From contig CAVPSJ010000004.1 in assembly GCA_963708295.1 (NCBI GenBank), positions 1 to 64,000 of the forward strand: a stretch of DNA of 64,000 nucleotides, written 5' to 3'. Made by a program: the position numbers and the translations under genes. The stretch's first letter is position 1. Every line of letters starts with the position of its first letter. Origin of the DNA: an uncultured delta proteobacterium. GTDB taxonomy: Bacteria; Desulfobacterota; BSN033; UBA1163. The notes beneath the pieces are model-generated. The model had not been told where the DNA came from, ran no database searches, and worked only from the letters and a program-made list of their open reading frames with translations. This document shows, one piece after another, positions 59,266 to 64,000 of this stretch.

Positions 59266-59862
59266 TTATTTCCGAGTCTTTTCCCGGAGTGTCTTCAGAA
59301 GATCCTCAGGGGTCTTGTTCATCAGAATCTCCCTGAACTGGGTGCGATAGTTCTGTACCAGGCTGACGCCCTCGATCACCACATCGTAGACCTTCCACTC
59401 TCCGTTCACTAAGATCATTCGATAATGGATCGGAATGGATTTCGATGGTTGAATCACCTCGCTCTGGACTTCAGCGGCTTTATCCGAGAGGTTGGTGGTT
59501 TTGCCAAAAACCACTTTCTCGTCTTTATACGCGATGATCCTGTCCATGTAAACGGTGCCGAGGAGTTTCCCGAAAAGGCTTATAAATTCCTTCTGTTGAT
59601 CCGGGGAGAGCTTTTTCCAGTTTTGGGCCAATGTCCGTTTCGAAAGCTCGGCATAATCAAAGACATTGTCGAGGATCTCCCAGATCTTCTTTTCTTTGGC
59701 GGCCTTGGCGGATTCGGCCTTCAGAGCAGGATCCCGCAACACCTCCAGCGCCCGGTCGACCTGGGGTTTAATGGTTTCCAGAGGAGAAACTGCAGAGGCG
59801 GAAACTGGCGAGAGATTGAGAACAACAAGAACACCGATCAATACAGCGAGTGATTTTCTCAT
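59266..59862 (-). CDS. mlaC: MlaC/Ttg2D phospholipid-binding protein
   Basis: WKVYDVVIEGVSLVQNYRTQF. Confidence 0.92.
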   Translation of the reverse strand: MRKSLAVLIGVLVVLNLSPVSASAVSPLETIKPQVDRALEVLRDPALKAESAKAAKEKKIWEILDNVFDYAELSKRTLAQNWKKLSPDQQKEFISLFGKLLGTVYMDRIIAYKDEKVVFGKTTNLSDKAAEVQSEVIQPSKSIPIHYRMILVNGEWKVYDVVIEGVSLVQNYRTQFREILMNKTPEDLLKTLREKTRK

Positions 59863-59864
59863 GC

Positions 59865-60335
59865 TTATTTCTTCTCCTTCCCTTCTTTTCCGATATCGCC
59901 AAATGCATATTTTCCAATGAGGTCCGAGAGGTCGGGTGGCGATTCAGTCTGTGTGATAACCCCTCCCGACTTTAAGATCAAGCCTGCTCCTCCCGCGTCG
60001 AGGCTGACGTATCGGTCCCCGATGAGGCCCGATGTCTTAATGGAGGCAATCGCATCTTCATACACCTTGATGCCCTCTCTTATTTTGAATTCCACCATGA
60101 CCACTTGCTTTTCTTGATCGAGCTTGAAACCCGCGACCTCTCCGATTTGAATCCCCAGCATCTCCACGGGGTTACCGGTTCTCAACCCGGACACCGAATT
60201 GAAGCGGGCAAAGAGAGGATACGAATCGTCGCCCAGAAGTTTAACCTTTCCGAGCTTCACGGTCATATATCCCACGCATACCAGCCCGACCAGCACAAAG
60301 ATTCCGGCCACTGTCTCATAACGATATTTCTTCAT
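59865..60335 (-). CDS. mlaD: MlaD MCE-domain protein
   Basis: SVSGLR.G..V...GIQIGEV, IKTSGLIGDRYV. Confidence 0.93.
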   Translation of the reverse strand: MKKYRYETVAGIFVLVGLVCVGYMTVKLGKVKLLGDDSYPLFARFNSVSGLRTGNPVEMLGIQIGEVAGFKLDQEKQVVMVEFKIREGIKVYEDAIASIKTSGLIGDRYVSLDAGGAGLILKSGGVITQTESPPDLSDLIGKYAFGDIGKEGKEKK

Positions 60336-60341
60336 TCCTGA

Positions 60342-61583
60342 TTACCTCCGTATTTCACAGTAAACCCTGGCAATTTCTCTCTGCTTCGTCTCGGCTTGCT
60401 TAAAAACGAGATCGATCTCCTCACCCCCTGCTTTGCTCTCAGCAAAACCCGCGAAAATGGCGAATGGGAAACAGATGTCCTGAGAAATATGAGCCTGTGC
60501 CTGGATCGTGCGCAATCCTTCTTTTTGAAGATCCAGCGCAAATGTTTTCAGAATCCGCTCCGCCTCGTCGAGGGTCGAAAAAGGGAGAAAAGTGGTAAAT
60601 TGATTCTTGCTCTGACGCGCAGAGAATCCCCCCACTGCGCCGAAATGCTTGTTCAGGTATGCCCCCATGGCATTGAGAACTTCTTGCCCTCGGGTGTGCC
60701 CGAGATGCTCACAGAGTTGATCAAATTCCTGCAGCGTAAATAGGGCCACGACATAGCTATCCTGAGGACTCTTCCGCCTGAGGCCTAACTGATTCCGAAC
60801 CCTGAACTGCCGCTTGGATTGAATTCCGGTAAGATGTTCCTGGAAATCCTCAAGGCTCTGGACGAATTCGTCGACCAGAGGATGCTCGAAATCGTCGAAC
60901 TGTCTCGGGGTTCCCTGGAAAACAATCTTTCCGTCACTCAGAGCCAGAATACGGTTGGAGATGAAAAAAACATCCGGGACGTCATGACTGATCAGGACGG
61001 CCGTGAAGCCGAACTTCCGCTGGTATTGAGCAATCATGCTCAGGATCGCATTCCTGCGAATGACATCCTGGCCCGTCGTGGGTTCATCAAAAAGCACGAT
61101 CTTGGGATCGATCACCAGGGCTCGACTCAGCGCCACTCGCTTCTGCATCCCCCCCGAGAGCTCCGATGGATAGCTCTGGCCCACGTCCGCAAGTTCCATC
61201 TGCTCCATTCTGGCCTTGACCCGCTCTTCTATGGTCTTCTCGTTGAGAGGAGTGGTCTGCCGAAGCGGCAGGGCAATATTTTCGAAAACGGTCATCGAAT
61301 CGAAGAGGGCATTATTCTGAAACATGTAACTGATTTGACCGAAGGTCCGATCCCGTTCATTCTTGCTCATCTTCTGAACAGGCTGACCGCGGAACAGGAT
61401 GGTACCTTCATCAGGGGTTAGCAACCCGATAATGTGTTTGAGCAAAACGCTCTTGCCGCTGCCACTCTTTCCGATGATGGTCGTAATCTCTCCCTCATAG
61501 ATCGTCAGGTCAACCTGATCGAGGATCCTATGGTTGTTAAATCGCTTGCTCACTTTTTGAAATTCAACCAATGGTGTCTTCAT
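60342..61583 (-). CDS. mlaF: MlaF ABC ATPase fused to a degenerate GGDEF-like domain
   Basis: GKSGSGKS, LSGGMQKR and DEPTTG; C-terminal HLTGI..FDQL...LGH..GQEVL..ARQSKNQF. Confidence 0.88.
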   Translation of the reverse strand: MKTPLVEFQKVSKRFNNHRILDQVDLTIYEGEITTIIGKSGSGKSVLLKHIIGLLTPDEGTILFRGQPVQKMSKNERDRTFGQISYMFQNNALFDSMTVFENIALPLRQTTPLNEKTIEERVKARMEQMELADVGQSYPSELSGGMQKRVALSRALVIDPKIVLFDEPTTGQDVIRRNAILSMIAQYQRKFGFTAVLISHDVPDVFFISNRILALSDGKIVFQGTPRQFDDFEHPLVDEFVQSLEDFQEHLTGIQSKRQFRVRNQLGLRRKSPQDSYVVALFTLQEFDQLCEHLGHTRGQEVLNAMGAYLNKHFGAVGGFSARQSKNQFTTFLPFSTLDEAERILKTFALDLQKEGLRTIQAQAHISQDICFPFAIFAGFAESKAGGEEIDLVFKQAETKQREIARVYCEIRR

Positions 61584-61589
61584 CGATTC

Positions 61590-62390
61590 CTACAGCAGGA
61601 GAGAAGTGACCACATAATCCGCAACGAGGATGAGGACGCATGATACGACGACTGCGGACGTAGTGGAAAGTCCCACGGCCTTCGCACCGTAGCTATCCCT
61701 TCGCAGATGGGTATAATAACCTTGAAAGCAGCAGATCGTCGAGACCAGGGCCGCGAACACCACCGCCTTGACAAAGCCTCCCGTGATATCCTGCATCTCC
61801 ACGCCGACCCGCGCGTGGTGAAAGTAGGTGCCCGCGTTGAGGCCCATCAGCATCACCCCGGTGATAAATCCGCCGAGGATGCCGATAAGATCAAAAAAGG
61901 CCGTCAGTAAGGGGAAGCTGATGATGGAAGCCGCGATCCTGGGGCTGACCAGATACCGGAGCGGATCGATCCTCATGGTGTCAAGAGCGTCGATCTGCTC
62001 CGAGATGCGTTGGATACCGATCTCTGCAGCCATGGAGGAGCCTGCTCGGGCCGTGATCATGATGGCCGTGAGCACGGGGCCGAGTTCCCTGACCAACGAC
62101 AGCGCAACCGCTGTGCCCAAAACGCCCGCCGACCCGAATTTCACCAGGGTATAAAAAAGCTGGAGTCCCAAAACCATGCCGGTGAACAGGCCGACAAACA
62201 TCACGATCACTGCAGACCTGGCTCCGATGGCATAGACCTGCTGAACGATGGCAGGGAACTGCTTGGGATGAAAGATCATTAGAGCGGCTCTGACAAAAAA
62301 GAGGACCATCGCGCCGAGTTCATTGACCCACCGAAGTGCGATCCTGCCCAGGGAGGTCACAGGGGATATCAAAAACGGTTGTTTATCCAT
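61590..62390 (-). CDS. mlaE: MlaE permease (start may be up to 62426)
   Basis: RELGPVLTA, EQIDAL, GAKAVGLSTT. Confidence 0.93.
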   Translation of the reverse strand: MDKQPFLISPVTSLGRIALRWVNELGAMVLFFVRAALMIFHPKQFPAIVQQVYAIGARSAVIVMFVGLFTGMVLGLQLFYTLVKFGSAGVLGTAVALSLVRELGPVLTAIMITARAGSSMAAEIGIQRISEQIDALDTMRIDPLRYLVSPRIAASIISFPLLTAFFDLIGILGGFITGVMLMGLNAGTYFHHARVGVEMQDITGGFVKAVVFAALVSTICCFQGYYTHLRRDSYGAKAVGLSTTSAVVVSCVLILVADYVVTSLLL

Positions 62391-62698
62391 TGAATCCACT
62401 TCCCTTCCATAAGATTCCATGCGCATTTCACGTCAGTTTTCCCGGGATCAGGCCCAAGGGTTAATCGGCCTTGTGCAGTTCTCCACGGGGGCATCATTGT
62501 ATGGCTCTATTATATCCAACTTGACGACCGCCCCGTCAAGGTTTTTCGCTTGCATAACAAGTCTGTCAATTATAGCATTATAGATTGGCCCGGAAGGAGG
62601 CCAAATCCCCGCAGGCCCTGGATTGATTTCAACAATCTATTGCTACAAATTGGAGAAAAGGTTACCTTTAGTCCTAAGAATTCCGAAAGGGGCTTTAC

Positions 62699-63697
62699 AT
62701 GCATCACGTTGGAATTATTGGAACGGGCTCTTATATTCCGGAGAAGATCCTTTCAAATTATGATCTGGAAAAGATGGTGGACACCAGCGACCGGTGGATT
62801 TTGGAGAGGACAGGCATCCATGAGCGAAGGATTGCGGCAGAAGAAGAAACCAACGTGACCATGGGCCGACTCGCCCTTGAAAGGGCTATCGAAAACGCGC
62901 GGATCGACCCCAAAGAGATCGAGATGCTCGTCATGGGTACCAACACCACGGAACCGGTATGGCCCTCCGCGTCGGGCCACATCGCCCATCTCCTCAATCT
63001 CCATGAGACGATGCCTTTCTTTGACGTGCAGGCAGGGTGTACCGGTTTCAATTATTCGCTGGCCTTGGCAGAGCAATTTGTAAAATCGGGGCAGTACAAA
63101 ACGGTCGCCGTGGTCGGATCGGACAAACTTTCAGCCATCACCAATTATAAGGATAGAAACACATGCGTCCTCTTTGGAGACGGAGCAGGAGCCGTGATCT
63201 TGAGGCGGAGAGCTAAAGAAGGCATCATCCGATCCTATTTGGGCGGCGAATACAAATTGCGGGATACCCTTGTGCTTCGCAAGTATGGAGGCGATAGCCG
63301 TCGATTCATGTGGATGAACGGGAATCGGGTCTATGCTTTCGCCAAGGGCGCAATGGCGGAAAGTTGCCTGCGCGTTCTTGACCCTGATCGGACGGCAGGC
63401 AAGAAAGAACTCCGTGCCTTGTTCAATCAAGTGGATCGAATCGTTCCCCATCAGGCCAATGAAAGGATCATCAACAGCGCTGCAGAGCATCTTGAATCCA
63501 AACTCGACCTTCCTGACGGGGCAGTCAAGAATAAGATGATCGTGACGATTCATAAGTATGGGAACAACTCCACCGCTTCCATTCCTCTCGCTCTCGACGA
63601 GTCCATTCGAGAGGGGAAGCTCAAGACGGGAGACCTCATCATTCTTGTCGGCTTCGGAGCCGGCCTGACTTACGCTGCCAATCTGGTCAGGCTGTAA
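62699..63697 (+). CDS. fabH: 3-oxoacyl-ACP synthase III
   Basis: AGCTGF, LFGDGAGA, PHQAN, YGNNS, GFGAGLT. Confidence 0.95.
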   Translation: MHHVGIIGTGSYIPEKILSNYDLEKMVDTSDRWILERTGIHERRIAAEEETNVTMGRLALERAIENARIDPKEIEMLVMGTNTTEPVWPSASGHIAHLLNLHETMPFFDVQAGCTGFNYSLALAEQFVKSGQYKTVAVVGSDKLSAITNYKDRNTCVLFGDGAGAVILRRRAKEGIIRSYLGGEYKLRDTLVLRKYGGDSRRFMWMNGNRVYAFAKGAMAESCLRVLDPDRTAGKKELRALFNQVDRIVPHQANERIINSAAEHLESKLDLPDGAVKNKMIVTIHKYGNNSTASIPLALDESIREGKLKTGDLIILVGFGAGLTYAANLVRL

Positions 63698-63782
63698 AAC
63701 AGACGCATCCCATTTATTTTCTCTTTCCTTCAAGAATGGGATGTGCCCCCACCTAAAACGATTGCCGCTTCCGCTTTTCCTC

Positions 63783-64000
63783 TCAATAATTGGACGCAGC
63801 CCTCACCGCATTGGCAAACGCTGGAATTTCATCCCACGTTCTGCCTTCAAGCTTCCGTCCAGTCTTCTTCCTGTTTGGACCACCCCATTGCTTAAAGAAG
63901 AATGATACTTTCTCCTTCTGACATTTGTTGCGGATATCCACAGCCCACGAAGCATCCATCGGTCTCGCCTGAGGCCCAGATTCTCCTCCTACAATGACCC
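63783..64000 (-). CDS. DUF5131 / phage Gp37-Gp68 family protein, C-terminal part
   Basis: [39 protein letters not shown]. Confidence 0.85.
   Translation of the reverse strand, partial: VIVGGESGPQARPMDASWAVDIRNKCQKEKVSFFFKQWGGPNRKKTGRKLEGRTWDEIPAFANAVRAASNY

Noticed and set aside
321-63733. Many antisense or overlapping ORFs in the track (e.g. 14382-15194, 17915-18823, 44636-45406, 49308-50072)
   Set aside because: They are shadows of well-supported genes on the opposite strand or in another frame, with no motifs.
1-64000. CRISPR array, rRNA, tRNA, intact IS or integrase
   Set aside because: No regularly spaced repeats or diagnostic sequences were seen on manual reading.

Overview
Chromosomal window from an anaerobe whose gene content resembles Desulfobacterota (deltaproteobacteria); this taxonomy is inferred, not proven. 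Content: an NrfC/NrfD-type pair with a heme-c sensor kinase and NarL-type regulator, an AprAB-like flavoprotein cluster, tldD/tldE, iscU, fprA, pdhABC, rpsD, cobO, azlCD, an extra RpoD-family sigma factor, a Tat flavocytochrome c, a Czc-type RND pump, mlaEFDC and fabH. Main findings: (1) a mercury-methylation locus hgcAB in which HgcA carries an unannotated N-terminal Cys-Sec (TGC-TGA) extension with a SECIS-like hairpin, preceded by a decayed HgcC/AbrB-like gene and a repeat-rich operator; (2) a second hidden selenoprotein, a thioredoxin-like protein with UxxC; (3) a short peptide gene with a strong RBS just upstream of a radical SAM/SPASM enzyme, with a TGC-TGA-CCC in the enzyme's own frame, which is a candidate new RiPP or selenopeptide system; (4) a yybP-ykoY Mn riboswitch heading a GDT1/TerC operon; (5) two Cys-rich leader proteins ending in xPP, resembling DUF2946/CruR; (6) a terminator-containing leader upstream of the divergent sigma factor; (7) remnants of an archaeal-type PolB and a Dam methylase. 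About a dozen single-base frameshifts, many at homopolymers, suggest long-read assembly errors, so pseudogene calls are tentative. No CRISPR array, tRNA or rRNA was recognised.
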